In this document: positions 49,294 to 63,123 of the stretch, piece after piece
How positions within the stretch are numbered: the stretch's first letter is position 1
Layout of the letters: every line of letters begins with the position of its first letter
Origin: Callorhinchus milii
Taxonomy: Eukaryota
DNA: 64,000 bases
Assembly: GCF_018977255.1 (NCBI RefSeq)
Contig: NW_024704742.1
Coordinates: 54,004,001-54,068,000, forward strand
Reading direction: 5' to 3'
Made by a program: the position numbers and the translations under genes
Notes under the pieces: model-generated
The model's input: the letters and a program-made list of their open reading frames with translations, nothing else
Database searches by the model: none
Told to the model about the DNA's origin: nothing

Positions 49294-51965
49294 ATCTCAA
49301 AGACATAATAAGGCACTGTATCAAATGAAGGATTATAAGGATTATTATTATTATAATTAAATTGAGACAACTGAATTCCCAATATTGGTGAGAAATAAGG
49401 CTTCTCTATGCATAAAGTGTGTTGATCCAACTGTGGAATATATAATAATAATGATAATCCTTGAATTTGATCGTCTTTGAGACATCTCAAAGTACTTCAC
49501 AGAATATACTCTAAAGTGAATTTTATATTTTGTGGGTGAAATGCAGTAGCCAATTATAATTTAGATGAAGATGTTATAACAGAAAATAAATCTTTTGATG
49601 TTGCCCTATTTGACCGCAATGGTAAAGGAACAACAAGAAAGATTTATGTAGGCAGCAGCACTTCCTCCCCCTCCAGTTTTTCCTGCTCATACAGTTCAAT
49701 AGGTAGCTTGAGTAGATAGCCTCCAGCAACACTATACTTGCACAGTACAGGTATAGCCTTCTGCCATTCACATGAGCTTCAGGGCAGTATAAAATAATGC
49801 CTGAAACAGCACAGAATGGGAAAAGATCATTCAACCTATTGAGTTCACAGTCCATGCAAAAGCTACCTGATAATGGATTTCCCGAGCAGCCAATCTATCT
49901 CTTGGAGGAAAGCTCTCTTTAAACTTTCCCCAAACACAAAATCAATCACGCAAAAATGCCAGCATAATCTTCCATAATTACTATTCAAACTCAGCCTCCT
50001 TTTTGTCGCAGACAAAAAATTCTCGTAACCTCACGCAACCAAGGTCTGTACACTTATGATTCAGCAGATAAGAAGATATTCTCGCCCAACAAAGTCACTG
50101 AATTTACTGACCTTCAGAAAATCATCCATAATCCAAATGTGGCCTCACCAAGAGTAATATATACAAGGTTATAATAACTTATTCTGACTTACAGTTAAAT
50201 GCTCTCATAATGCAACCCAGTATTTGACTAACTTTGTTGACAGCAGCTGCACATTAACTAAAGACCTTTTAGTGAATGATCAATATTCAACAGCAAAACG
50301 TGCATTGATATAGCGCCTTTCACATAAATCAACACCTCAAAGTGCTTGAGAAATATAGTGGGCCTGACCAAAGAATTGAAAGATTTAATGCTATTGACTA
50401 AAAGCACAATAGAAGAGATATGTTTTTAGGAGGTTTATAATATCAATCCTTGCATTTGATACAGCTCCTTATGATGTCATTGAAACTTCTCAAAGTGTTT
50501 AATGGATACATGACTTTGTGCCAAAAGACAGGTGTCCAAACATTTCTCTGTTATGGTTCTGAGCTCCTGGTCATGGAGTGGAGGGTATTCCTTTGGCCCA
50601 TTTGTGAAGTTCAGGACCAAGCATTGAGGTGGATTTGTGGAAAACAGGGGAAATGGCTGTTGGGAGGATGGAGGTCCTAGATGTGCAGGAAAGAACTCAC
50701 ACTACAGAGTTCTGAGTCAGTTGGAGCTTTTCAAGGGTGAAGTTATAGGAACAGGAGTAGACCATCAAGCCTATTGAGCTTGTTTGCCATCATGGCTGAT
50801 CTGCATCTCAACTCCATTTACCTGCCTTTGCTCCATATCCCTTGATACCTCACAAAAATATATCTACCTCACACTTAACATTTTTACTTGATCCAGTATC
50901 CACAGCCTTTTGGGCAGAGAGTTCCAGATTTCCACTACCCTTTGTGAAAATAGAGACCAGCAAGGAGAGGTTTGGAAAAATCTATTCTCAAGGTCACATA
51001 CATATCATATTTCATCTCTGCTAATGGACACCTTTATTTTGTACATGCAGAGTCAATTATTTGTTATTCCATGTTTCCGTTCCTGTGTAGATGATCTTGA
51101 CTGGCATATGAAGATGATGCATTATAGTCATTCATCATATATTTACCACATTGGGTGCTCACGAATGGAGAGTTTACTATCTCTGATAAAATTGTCATAA
51201 TAGAGTCAACTACCTGAGCGTGTTGGAGGAGCAATGCCTGCCTGAGAAATATTAGACTCACTCGGGGCAAGTGGCTGACGTGTGCTCTAGGCCCACTAGA
51301 TTTTCAGGGAGTGCAGTCAAGTGACAATAAAGGTTATCACTGTACTCAAATTGTTGACCATTGGGACTTTCTAGGGTTCCGCTAGAGACAACACAAGAGT
51401 TAGTTCCTCACACTCGTGCTCAAATCTCTTCACTCTCTGGCACCTCCCTACCTCTTCGAACACCTAACTCCTCAATCCACCACCTGGCGTTCTGCTAGAC
51501 TGGCACCGGCCTCCTGCTCATCCTTCTCACCCTCCGCTCCACCATTGGAGTTTGCACTTTCAGCCACTATGCCCAGAAACTTTCAATCTCTCTTCCTCAA
51601 TCCCTCTGCCTTGCCCCCTCTCTCCCCTTTGTCAAGTCCTGTCTGAAAACCTTCCTCTTCGACCGTGCTTATGGTCACCCTCTCCCCCCTTCCCCGAAAC
51701 CCCCCTACCGGGCTCGGAGTCAGGCTCCGGCTCTGATAAGCACTCTGAGATGGTACCCTGTGTGGAGGTTGTTGTTATTGTTCAGCCAGTTTCCTATTTA
51801 GTACCGTATAAAGGAGGTTGTGAAAACATTTGTTTCAAGGGCTCCTTGTTACATGCACCAAAGTCCATGTAGTCCACGTCTCTTCTTCTTGTATTGAACA
51901 GCAGGGGGGCAAAGAAAATCATGCATTGATTGGACGTTGACCTGTAGAATTCCTCTCCATTCTTG

Positions 51966-53056
51966 TGGAGTCCTGTGGCTCAGTGGTTAGAGTACTCGCC
52001 TCATAGGAAGAGACCTGGGTTTGATTCCTGGCAGGGCAAAACAACAACAACAACATCAAAATTACATTTGTGTAATGCCTTTCACATCGGGAAGACATTC
52101 CAAGGCATTGGACAGACAGAGTTTTGGACCTGAGCTGGGGGTCGGAATTGGAGAGGGTGGAGGGCAGGCGGGAAGCAGGGGGATTGAAAGTATGGTCGAA
52201 GAGGAGTGTCTTGAGAGGGGTCTTGAAGGAGGCAATGGAGGAGGCGAGGCGGAGGAACTGTGGGATGGAGTTCCAGAGGATGGGGCAGAGTGGAGGAAGG
52301 CCCGCCTGCCAATAGTGGGGCGAGCGAGGCGGGGGACGTGAAGCAGGCTGGATCCCGCTGAGCGGAGGGAACGAGCAGGATGGTTGAGGGTTAGGAGGTC
52401 GCAGAGGTAGTAAGACCATGGAGGGCTATGAAGGTGCGGAGCAGGATCTTGAATTGTATCCTCTATGTGATGGGAAGCCAGTGGAGTCGGGCGAGGATGG
52501 GGGTGATAGGGTCATCAAGCCTGGTGAGGGAGAGGACATGGGCTGCAGAGTTCTGGATGATCTGCAGCCTATGGGGGGAAGAGTTGGGGAGGCCGACAAG
52601 CAAGTTAAGCCTCAATGTAATGAAAGCGTGTATGAGGGTTTTGGCAGCCGGCGGTGTGAGACAGTGGCAGAGCCGGGCGATGTCCAGCATCACCTCACAG
52701 TTGGCATTTGAAGTGAGGAAGGGTGAGCCGTGAGAGGATGGGTGGAACAGCTGGTTGGTGATGGAACGTTGGGCAAGTTTCCTTACTCTGCATGCCTCTG
52801 TTTCCCTAGCAATAAGTAGGAACCCGATTGGCAGATCGCTTTTCCAGGAGTAATAATTCCTTGAAAAAATATATAATAATTGGTCACTCAATCCATGACT
52901 GTTTGTGGGACACTGCTGTGCACAATTGGCTGCCACATTTTGCCCACAAAATATACAGTCAATTCATTTTACAGTATATTCTGTGAAGTGCTTTGAGGCG
53001 TTTTGAAGACATGATAAAGCGCTATATCAAATGCAAGGATTATTATTATTATTATT
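51966..53056 (+). mobile_element. tRNA-derived SINE (long subfamily) split by L2
   Basis: Head tggagtcctgtggctcagtggttagag...gcagggcaaaac resumes as aacgttgggcaagtttcc at 52765 and ends in (TTA)n. Confidence 0.85.
52040..52764 (-). mobile_element. L2 3' fragment inserted within a SINE
   Basis: (AAC)n tail at the left end; the translation includes LQIIQNSAAHVLS..LARLHWLP. Flanked by the SINE head (51966-52042) and SINE body (52765-53056). Confidence 0.88.
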
Positions 53057-54990
53057 CGGTGAGCACTAGATCACAAACTACTTGCACTTTGATTGATAAT
53101 ACTTTGAGACTCAGATACGTCAATAGGTTTATTTGGGTGCCCAAATGGCTACATGAAAACTCGTGGTAATGTCCTGTCTTTTGGGAATTCAGCTATCTTC
53201 AGTGGTTGCCTTGATTGTCACTTTATTGCATTCCCTGAAGGTTCTCTGTGCCCAAAGTTTATGCTATTGAGCATTGGGCTTTCGTGATGATTACTCTGTT
53301 CATTTGCATGCAAAAGTTCACTTTCCTTGAAATTATTTGAATCCTTTTTATTCCTTTTGCTGTTAAGTCCGACTTCATGTTCCCTGCCTCACTATTAGCA
53401 GACAGGCTTTCAGGTATCTTACCTCTGCTCTTTGGTCGTCTAAATTCTTCCATTTTGCACCCTCACACTGCTTTCAAAACCCTTCTGACAAATCTACCCC
53501 TTTGACGTCGCCTTCTGTCACCTCACTCGTAATTCTCTATCTGCCATCTGGCTCGGTCTTCACTCTGTGAAGTTGTTAGAGCCGTTTTCCCAATTGAAAG
53601 GTATAGGTGCAAGTTCCTTTTATCTGGTGAGCCAGGTTGCACACCGCAGTCGCATGCTCACCTGTGAGCCAGACATTCAATACTCTTGCCGAACACCCAA
53701 CATTCATTATCAGGAGTATGTGACCAATAACCAGTGACTGGGCAAATGTTGCTAAAATAAGATCATGGTGTTTAAAAATTTAAACCAATTAATTTTTCTG
53801 TAATAATTTAGAAAAATACAGCCTTTGTTATCTAACTGGTGATAATTTATGCCTGGAATATGCACAGCATTTGAAAACCTTTGAAAGGGAAACATTTGCA
53901 AGGCTGTGGGGAAAGAGCGGGGGAGTGGGACTAATTGGATAGTTCTTTCAAAGAGCCAGCAAAGGCACGATGGGCCGATTGGCCTCCTTCTGTGCTGTAG
54001 AATTCTCCAATTCTATAATTATCCTTGGTCCAGGAATGCAATATTTCTGGAATTGAAGAGAAACTGATAGAGCATTTTAGCCTCCACTGGTTTAGTTGTC
54101 ATGTATTTCATACAGTTTAGAATGTATTTTAGTAATTATTTTGCACTATGTTATTTCATAAACTATTTTAATGAGATCATTGCAATGAAATAATGCTGTT
54201 TGCAAATAATTAGCAAGGCTAGTCTGCCACTGTACAAAATGACAAATTCAGTGTTTTTGAAACATGGTTACACATGGTGAGTATAATGGTTTGGAACAAA
54301 TCCAGCATAACAATTAGTATTGAAAGTACAATCTGTTATATTTGCTACAAAATTAATATTTGAGAGTTTTGCTTTAAAACCTCTACTAATACTGTAGGAG
54401 TTTGTGTCACAGTGGATCAAAACATTCCTCCTTACCTCTGGAATATTTGTTAATCCATTTCTGACTAATGAGAATAAAACTCAGTTTCTACAGATATTTG
54501 CAAAGAATTTGTGTGAAATCACCCAGTGTTCCACCTTCTAATGTCCAGTGCCTCTTGCTGGAAACGTGCACATGTGGATGTTGGATGAGGATATAGTCAG
54601 ATCTGGCTGAAATGCTCTCTTCTCCAGTTCTATGTTCAAGTAGACTGCTGACATTCACTGTTTAACTCTGTCTGTTGACACTCACTAACTCACCATAACA
54701 ATAATAATCCTTGCATTTGATACAGTGCCTTATCAAATCATTGAAATGTCTCAAAGTGTTTCATAGTATATTCTGTAAAGTAAATTGACTGCATATTTTG
54801 TGGGAGAAACATGGGACACAGGAATACCTACAAAGATCCATGGAATGAATGACTAATTTTATTTGGGTGATTTGGCCAGGACATCAGTAGAAACTCCATT
54901 CTCTTTTCAGATAGTGCCATGAATTCTTTCCACCTGAACAGTCAGATGTCAGGACCTCAGTTTAATGTCTCATCTGGAGAACAACATTAC

Positions 54991-56550
54991 TAGAATCATA
55001 GAACCATAGAATTATACAGCACAGAAGGAGGCCATTCAGCCCATCATGTTTGTGTGCTCTTTGAAAAGAGTTATCCAAATTAATCCCACTCCCCCTCTCT
55101 CTCCCCATAGCCCTACAAACTTTTCCTCTCCAAATAATGATCTACTTCGTTCTTAAAAGTTGTTATCGAATCGGCTTCCACCACCTTTTCAGGCAATGCA
55201 TTCCAGATCCGAACAACTCGCTGTGTGAAAAATTTCTTCTCACCTCCTCTCTGTTTCTTTAACAGCTATTTTAAATCGGTGCCCTCGGGTTACTGACTCA
55301 CCCGCCAGTGGAAATAGTTTCTCCTTGTTTATCCTATCGAATCCTCTCAGAATTTTGATAACTTCTATTAGGTCTCCTCTTAACCTTCTCTGCTCCAAGG
55401 AGAATAATCCTAGCTTCTCTAGTCTCTCCTGATAACTGAAGTAAGTCCTGGTACATCCTGGTAAATCTCCTTTGCACCCTCTCCAATGCCTTGACATCCT
55501 TCCTAAAGTGTGGTGCCCAGAACTGCACACAGTATTCTAGCTGCTCCTATTTATAAAGCCTGGTATCCCATATGCTTCCTTAATAGCTTCATCTACCTGT
55601 CCTGCCACTTCACATATTTACTTATATGAACCCCCTCTGTTCCTTCACCCCCTTTAAGATTGTACCATCAGCTTATTTTGCCTCTCCTCATTCTTCCCCC
55701 AAAAATGCATCACTTCACATTTCTCCACATTAAACTTCATCTGCCACCTGTCTGCCCATTTCACAGTCTGGTTATGTCCTCTGGCAGTCTGCTACTATCC
55801 TTCTCATCGTTTACTACTTTTGCTATCTTAGTGTCATCTGCAAACTTGGAAATTGTACTCCCTATACCCAAGTCCAGGTCATTTATATAGATCAAAAAGA
55901 GCAGTGGTCCCAATAAGAACCCCTGGGGGACACCACTGCACACTTCCCTCCAGTCAAAAAAACAACCGTTCACAACCACTCTCTGCTTTCTGTCTCCCAG
56001 ACAGGTCTGTATTCATGCTGCCACTGTCCATTGAATACCATGGGCTTCTATTTTGCTTACAAGTCTCTTATGTGACACTTTATCAAATGCCTTTTGAAAA
56101 TCCATATAAACTACATCAACTGCACTACCTTCATCCATCCTCTCTGTTTACTTCATCAAAAACTCTATCAGGTTTGGGAGACATAATTTACCTTTAACAA
56201 ATCCGTGTTGGCTGGTCTATATTAACCCACATTTTTCCAAGTGAAAATTTATTTTGTCCCAGATTATAGTCTACTGATGGTAAATTGACTGGCCTGTAGT
56301 TCCCCAGTTTATGCCCCTTTTTGTACAAGGGAGTAACATTTGCAACCCTCCAGTCCTCTGGCACCACCTCAGTGTCCAAGGACGATTGAGCCTCTGCTAT
56401 TTCCATCTTTACTTCCCTCAGTAACTAGGATGCATCCTGTCCGAACCGGGTGACTTATCTACCTTGAGGACCTTTAACCTGTTTAGTACCTCCTCTCTGT
56501 TTATTCTTATCTTATCCAATTTCTCTACCCTCTCTTCTGATACTGTGGCA
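54991..56550 (-). mobile_element. CR1 LINE fragment (RT region and 3' tail) with internal deletions
   Basis: Minus-strand translations: GVPQGFLLGPLLFLIYINDL..ISKFADDTK, VPEDWRVANVTPLYKKG..NYRPV, QFWAPHFRKDVKALERVQRRFTRM, LGLFSLEQRRLRGDLIE. (TTCTATGA)-type tail at 54991-55011. Confidence 0.92.
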
Positions 56551-57338
56551 TTGGCTGCATACTCTTCTTTTGCAACAATTCAACAGCCCTCAGTACTGTA
56601 CTTGAGTATCATGTTCGACAACAATATGATTTCAGGTCCCAACGTGGGGCTTGAACCCACAACTTTCTGACTCAGAGGCGAAACTGAGTCAGCCTGACAA
56701 CTTGAATCAAGGTCATTTAGGTTAAGTGCTAGAGGACACTTCACAAGATCACAGGATCACAAGATTGGTCTGGATGAAGAAGGCCTTCACCCAATCTGAT
56801 CTCATCCTTACAGAACACCCACCCTACCATCCCACCATGTCAGTATCAAGATGCTTTTTAAATGCGTTCAGTATCCTTGTCTCTGCCACCTTTCCTGACA
56901 AACAATCATTGATTACCCTCTAAGTGAAGAAATACTTGAAATGCGTCCTGGTATCTAACCTTTTACAACTCTGTACCTATGTCCTCTTGTTTTACTGCCT
57001 TGATGCATCTTAAATTATTAATCTGGGTTTACATTTTCAATCGTATTTGAAATTATATATATCTGTATGTGGTACCCTCTGTACCCTTCTCCATTAGTCT
57101 TTGCTTGTAGCTCATTCCTCTAACATGGAGCATCATCCTTATTGCTCTCTTCTGCACTGCCTCTAGGACTGGGGCAGACACCTAATGTTGCGGTGTCCAG
57201 GACTGTATGCAATTCTGACTAGAAATTCCAGCTGAATTTTGATTTGCTCTATTTTCTTTGTGTTTCAGAGCTTTGAAAATGAAATAAAGTCTTTAAATAC
57301 AGTCTTAATTTCTTCGTCTTTGGTGTCCATGGAACTGT

Positions 57339-57551
57339 GGGTAGAAATTCCTCATGGGTTTATATTCACTCTATTTTCTTAGTATTTCAGAGTGTCCAAA
57401 ATTTGGCACAATCAGTTTTCTGTAAATTCTTTTAAGAACTACAAAAAAGGACTTCAAAGTTAAAAGTGAATTCAACAATTTGCTAAATTTTGCATGTTCT
57501 GAACTGCTAAGAAAAGAGAGTAAGTCTAAACCTGGGTGGAATTTCTCTCCC
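57339..57551. mobile_element. Palindromic MITE-like element (partial copy at ~57218-57270; related copy at 16922-17140)
   Basis: Termini gggtagaaattcctcatgggttt / aaacctgggtggaatttctctccc. Confidence 0.6.
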
Positions 57552-58672
57552 TATACAATACATTTTACATTTATACAACGGCTTTCACATCAGGAGGACA
57601 TCTCAAAGTGCTTGAAGAGCTCAATACAGAAAAAAAAATAGTCAAACGTTTTCAGTGGAATTTGAGAAAAATGGGTTGAGAAAACTTGTAAGGACAGTTA
57701 CAGACTCTGAAAGATGGATTCTCCTAGAACATGATTTTTTACAGATTTAAATATATTTTAAAACATTTCATTGTGGACTTGCACAACGTTGATAAATGTG
57801 AATTTGTCGCTTCACAATTGTTTGAAGTCAGAGTCAAAGTAGAGGGAGCTTTATATATAATAATAATCCTTGCATTTTATGACGCACCGTACCACATTGA
57901 AATATCTCAAAACGCTTTAGAGTTTTCAATAAAGTGTAATGACTGTATTTGTAGGTGAATGTAGCAGCTAATTTGTGCACAACAATGTACATGTCACACA
58001 CAACCACAAAGTGAATGACAGATTTTTAAAAAATCACGTGGATTGCTTATCAGTCATCAAGAGAAACACAGTTCTCTTTCAAAAAAATTATGGGATTTTT
58101 ATTATCTATTTTAGCAGCAGACGGAGCCTTGGTTTAATATCTCACCCAAAGGACGGCACCTCTGACAATACAGCACTCCACAGCATTGTATTGGAGTGTC
58201 AACTGAGAGTATAATCCATACCATGTATTTGACACTTGATAGTGTATGTTCTTGGTACTGGTACTGAATGAAAAACTGGGAAATTGCTTAATTCCTGAAC
58301 ACAGAATACTCTTTTATCTTGATGATCACAACATTTTTCTATTATCATATAAACAAGAAAGATGTTCTTAATAAACACTGTGGTAATGTGATTCCAGTCA
58401 GCACATAATAGCTTCTCTGCTGCAAACCTTGCTGAGAGTGTACATTTTATTTCAAACAATCAACTGTTAATTATTTTTTCTGGTTTCTGAAGAGATAGTT
58501 TCTAAAGCATTTAAGATGAATTCTATTGCTTATTTACAAATTGCAAAGAGTTACGCTTTACAAGTCAAATTTCAAACTGTTGTTTGATAATATTTTCCTT
58601 TCAGAAATATATTCTCATGGAGAGAGCATTACAACAACAGTTTACATTTATGCAGAGTCTTGTCATACATTT

Positions 58673-58990
58673 ATAATAATAATAATCCTTGCATTTGATA
58701 TAGCACTTTTCACGTCGGGAGGACGTCCCAAAGCGCTTCACAGAATACACTGTAAAGTGAATTGACTGTATATTTGTGGGTGAACGCGGCAGCCAATGGT
58801 GCACAGCAATGTCCCACAAACAGTCGTAGATTGAAAATGACCAATTTTTATTATTGTTTTTGGTTTTTGGAGGGATTATTATTAGGCGTGTGGAGTAAGG
58901 AAACTTGCCCAAGGTTTCGCCCTGCCTGGAATTGAACTCAGGTCTCTCACTTGCAAAGCGAGTGCTCTAACCACTGAGCTACAGGACTCC
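58673..58990 (-). mobile_element. Young full-length SINE (short subfamily)
   Basis: Intact A and B boxes; near-identical to 62541-62867. Confidence 0.92.
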
Positions 58991-59223
58991 ATTTCATCTG
59001 GGGGTTGGGGGTGGAGGGTGGAGGTTGTGCAGTGGTAGGGGTGTTAGGTAACAAAATGCAGTTGGAGGACTCACACAATACTGTATTGGAGTTCCAGGCA
59101 ACACTGCGTGTTCAAAGTCCTTATGTGGGGCTTGAACTCACAACCATCGGACACGAGAGTGCTATCAACATAGCCAGTCTGACACCAATGTTTACTTATG
59201 TACAAAGTTTGAATTATATTAAG

Positions 59224-59470
59224 AACCTTGGGCAAGTTTCCTTACTCCACACAGAGCCTAATAATAATCCCTCCAAAACAAAAAAACAATAATAAATTGG
59301 TCATTTTCAATCTACGACTGTTTGTGGACATTGCTGTGCGCAATTGGCTGCCGCGTTCGCCCACAAATATACAGTCAATTCACTTTACAGTATATTTTGT
59401 GAAGCACTTTGGGACATCTGGAAGACGTGAAACGTGCTATATCAAATGCAAGGATTATTATTATTACTAT
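59224..59470 (+). mobile_element. 5'-truncated SINE (short subfamily)
   Basis: Starts at aaccttgggcaagtttcc and runs to the (TTA)n tail. Confidence 0.88.
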
Positions 59471-61499
59471 TAACCTTCACCGTTCATCTATTGTTTTGAG
59501 TGGTTTGAAACTTTTTTATCTGTCACAGAATTAATAAAATGGATTTATCTGTTCATTTATTGTTTTCAGTAAGAGCTAAATATTAACCAAATCAGGTATG
59601 TTCAGAACTACTCTGAGTAGCCTTAACCCTCAGAAATCAGAATAAAAACCTCGAGTAAAATGGGAAAAAACAGATCAATTTAACTGGTCAAATCCTTTTT
59701 AAACCCTCCTGAGAAGAAACAAGAAGAAACATTTAAAGGAAAATATTTACTGCCAGTTCAAATCCAGAGCTAATATGGATAACAAAGGCAACAATTTGTG
59801 AGTGGGATGTAAAGAGGCAACAATGTAGTATTTTGGAAACAACAACAGCAACAACTTGAATTTATATAGCAACTTCCACGCAGGACGGCATCTCAGAGCG
59901 CAAACAGAAAGTGTTGCTGCTTAGCGGTTATTTTTTTTGGTCAGAAGGGTGTTTGATATTTCATGCTGAGCTGTGCTAAAGCATCAGCATCAAAATATTT
60001 AAGAGGGAACTTGCTGCATACATGAGAGAGAAGGGAATAGAGAGATATAGGAGAGGGGATTAGGAAGGGTGGAGGCTCACGTGGAGTAAAAACATTAATT
60101 GGGCCAAATGTCCTGTTTCATGCTGTATCACTCTATATAATTCTATGTAATAAAATAATAATAATCCTTGCATTTGATATAGCGCTTTTCACATCTTCTA
60201 GACGTCTCAAAGCGCTTCACAGAATATACTGTAAAGTGAATTGACTGTATATTTGTGGGCGTAATGCGGCAGCCAATGACCGGTATGTATTATTGTTTTT
60301 GCTTTTTGGAGGGATTATTATGTAAACACTATGTAAAAGTCAAACCATTGAAACATCTCAGCAGGAACCAGCAGCAGACCACATACTGTAGACTGGAATC
60401 CAAGTGCTAGAGGGTATTATATCCTATTCAATGAGCTCTTTAAGCTTGGCACTATTAGTTTACATTGACACATTTTACATCATTTTGGTTCTGCTACATA
60501 TCTTTGTTTTTTATTGTGTAGAATTCCTGTTCTATTTCACACCCAATTAAATAATTAAGGTGTGCTTCAATTTACTATGTTCCGCACTGCTAGAACTGTA
60601 CAATATACATATTTAAGTATTTTGTTCCCGTGTTTGCCCTTTGGTTCAATGCAATTTGAAGGATAGCACCAACAGATCGCTATAAAGCCAATAGCTTACT
60701 AAGTATGTCAGCAATAATGTTGCAAGGGTGGTGGTGTGGGGGTGGTGGGATGGTGGGCTGCTATCTCTGTGTGCTCGGATAGCTCATGTCAATGTTCACA
60801 AGGAATTTTGCCATTATATTCCCCACAACTACATTATTATGACACCAGCTGTCAGGCTTTCAGCCTATCTGCCTATCTGCTCCATCCCTTAGACCTTCCA
60901 ATTTGCTTCTTTCCTCACCATTTTCAAGGTCCATGACCTTCTGTTTTAACTGTGCTTTTGGTCATCTTTCCCCTCCCACCCCCTTTGGCTCTCAGCCCCA
61001 CTTCGGGTGCCAAGTTGTCAACCACCTTGGCATGTCCTCCCGACGTGCTATATAAATGTAAATTTATATTGTATTCATTTTCTAATCTGAAACGGTTAAT
61101 TTGTGTTTATTGTAATTGGTAACAAAATTGCATATCTTACACTTACTGCATATGCATATGGAGTGCTCGTGTTTAAATTTGTTAGCATTTCATACAACAT
61201 TTAAAAAAAAGATGTTTCACTCCTATTTTCAAGAGCAAGAAGAAGGTGAATATCGAAACCAGAAAATATAATTATAATACAGCATCAAACAGATTTTCTT
61301 TTACTAGAAATGTTTTTTATTGACAATATTTACAATGAGTGTTATATAAGTTATAAATAACAAATTTCAATGAAAAAGTCCACAGGAAGATTTTGTTGCA
61401 TAGGAATCCTTGGTAACAGGATATTTCAGAAGTTTTAGTTATCAAAAACAAATTCAACTATTTTACAATATGAAAAAAAAACATTTCTTAGAGACTATC

Positions 61500-62070
61500 C
61501 TCAGGAGGAGGGTGGGGGCTTGAGCTGAATTGGCTCCAAGGTGATATGTTTGGCAACAGAATGTTGGAATCAAACCCACCCCTGCAGTGGTGTCAGTAGT
61601 CCAGTTTCAGAGCCAAGCGTGTCTGCAGTATTCCAGGGCACTGCTGAATACAGCACAGCCAGGATGGGACATTGGTAGGATTTGGAATGGCAAACCAGTC
61701 AGGAGGGGCAGGGACCCTTCCCTTCCCACTCAGCTCCCATTAACTCTGCAAGCAAAAGCCCTAAAGAGAAGGGTAGTCCTAGCTGGACAAGCAGCGGGAA
61801 AACTTGCTACGCAGTGCCTCAATGGAAAGCAATTCAGTTTTAGCTGATTGGACTCCAGCAGTACCCCAACACACTCTGGGTTCCCCGAACTCTTGACAAA
61901 CTGCGCCTAATACTTTCTGGAAATAATTAAGCAGATCGCCTCCCTCCAGGGAGAGAGTGTGCATTCCATTCCAATATAGATCCCTGGAATTTCCATGGGA
62001 TGCCTGTCATTTTTAGTTTGGTTTGAATACTCTTAAGGATGGTGCTGGGTTTCTGTATGTAAAAACTGAA
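61500..62070 (+). mobile_element. Copy of the ~0.6-kb unclassified repeat
   Basis: Colinear with 35020-35625 (gtttggcaacagaatgt, gcagtattccagggcactgctga). Confidence 0.75.
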
Positions 62071-62169
62071 AACACAATACCGATTGAACATGGATTTATC
62101 TGGACGTATTCGGGGGATGGTGGGTGGGTGGGCACTTCTTGACTGCTCGCGGGCTCCACTGCTTTATAG

Positions 62170-62478
62170 TAATTCCTGTGGGGTGCCTTGAGATACCTCA
62201 GATCCCACTTAAACAGGGACCAATTTTTATTTGGAGATTTGTTGGCCAGAACACTGGGATGAATTCCCTTCTTTTTTCGATTAGTGCCGCGGGATATCTT
62301 GAACATCCACCTGGACCGGCAGGCAGGAATCCAGCGCTTCGGGGCGTCCCGCCGACGCGAAGGGCGCCGCGCAAATGCGATTTGTCGTCGATAACACAGC
62401 CCCAACGTGGGGCTCGGCTTTTGCACCCAAAACCCTTGTGACTCCGAGAGGTGAGAGCGGTACCCAGCAAAGCCAGCA
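62170..62478 (-). mobile_element. Older Deu-domain SINE with CpG-rich remodelled centre
   Basis: ttggccagaacactggga..tagtgccgcgggat..catccacctg and tgactccgagaggtgagagcggtaccc match the family; the centre is divergent and CpG-rich. Confidence 0.65.
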
Positions 62479-62540
62479 TTATTATTATTATTATATTATT
62501 ATTATCCTTATTATTATTATCCTTATTATATTATTATTCG

Positions 62541-62867
62541 TGGAGTCCTGTAGCTCAGTGGTTAGAGCACTCGCTTTGCAAGTGAGAGACCTGAGTTCAA
62601 TTCCAGGCAGAGGGCGAAGCCTTGGGCAAGTTTCCTTACTCCACACGCCTAATAATAATCCCTCCAAAACCAAAACAATAATAAATTGGTCATTTTCAAT
62701 CTACGACTGTTTGTGGGACATTGCTGTGCGCAATTGGCTGCCGCGTTCGCCCACAAACATACAGTCAATTCACTTTGCAGTGTGTTCTGTGAAGCGCTTT
62801 GGGACGTCCTCCCGACGTGAAAAGCACTATATCAAATGCAAGGATTATTATTATTATTATTATTATT
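62541..62867 (+). mobile_element. Young full-length SINE abutting the TUSC3 promoter
   Basis: TAGCTCAGTGG A box, GAGTTCAATTCC B box, Ala-like TTTGCAA loop, Deu core, hairpin and (TTA)n tail. Confidence 0.93.
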
Positions 62868-62879
62868 GCTGCTGGGGGT

Positions 62880-63123
62880 GGGGGGGGGGGCCTTGTGCCA
62901 GTCCAGCTGAGATTGCAGCAGCTGATTGAAACGTCCCCCCCCCACCTGTCAATCAGAGTCCGGAGAGGGGAACTCTGGGACCTGTGGTCTCCTGCCCGCT
63001 TTGCTCTGCTCTCTTCCTCGCCAGAGAGGGGGGGGGGGGGAGAACTACACATCCCGGAGTGCAGCGCGGCGGAGCGCAGGGTTTGATTGGAGGGGAGGCG
63101 GGGGCGGGGCCGGGGCTGGGAGA
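62880..63123 (+). promoter_or_regulatory. CpG-island, TATA-less promoter/5'UTR of TUSC3
   Basis: ACTACACATCCCGGAGTGC (63044-63062) fits the ACTACAnnTCCCRRnRTGC ZNF143/THAP11 motif. Reverse CCAAT box ATTGG at 63086-63090. GC box GGGGCGGGGC at 63101-63110. High CpG density. Confidence 0.8.

Noticed and set aside
62544..62616. tRNA-Ala(TGC)-like cloverleaf (also in other copies)
   Set aside because: It is the head of a multi-copy SINE that continues into the Deu core and L2-type tail, not a standalone tRNA gene.
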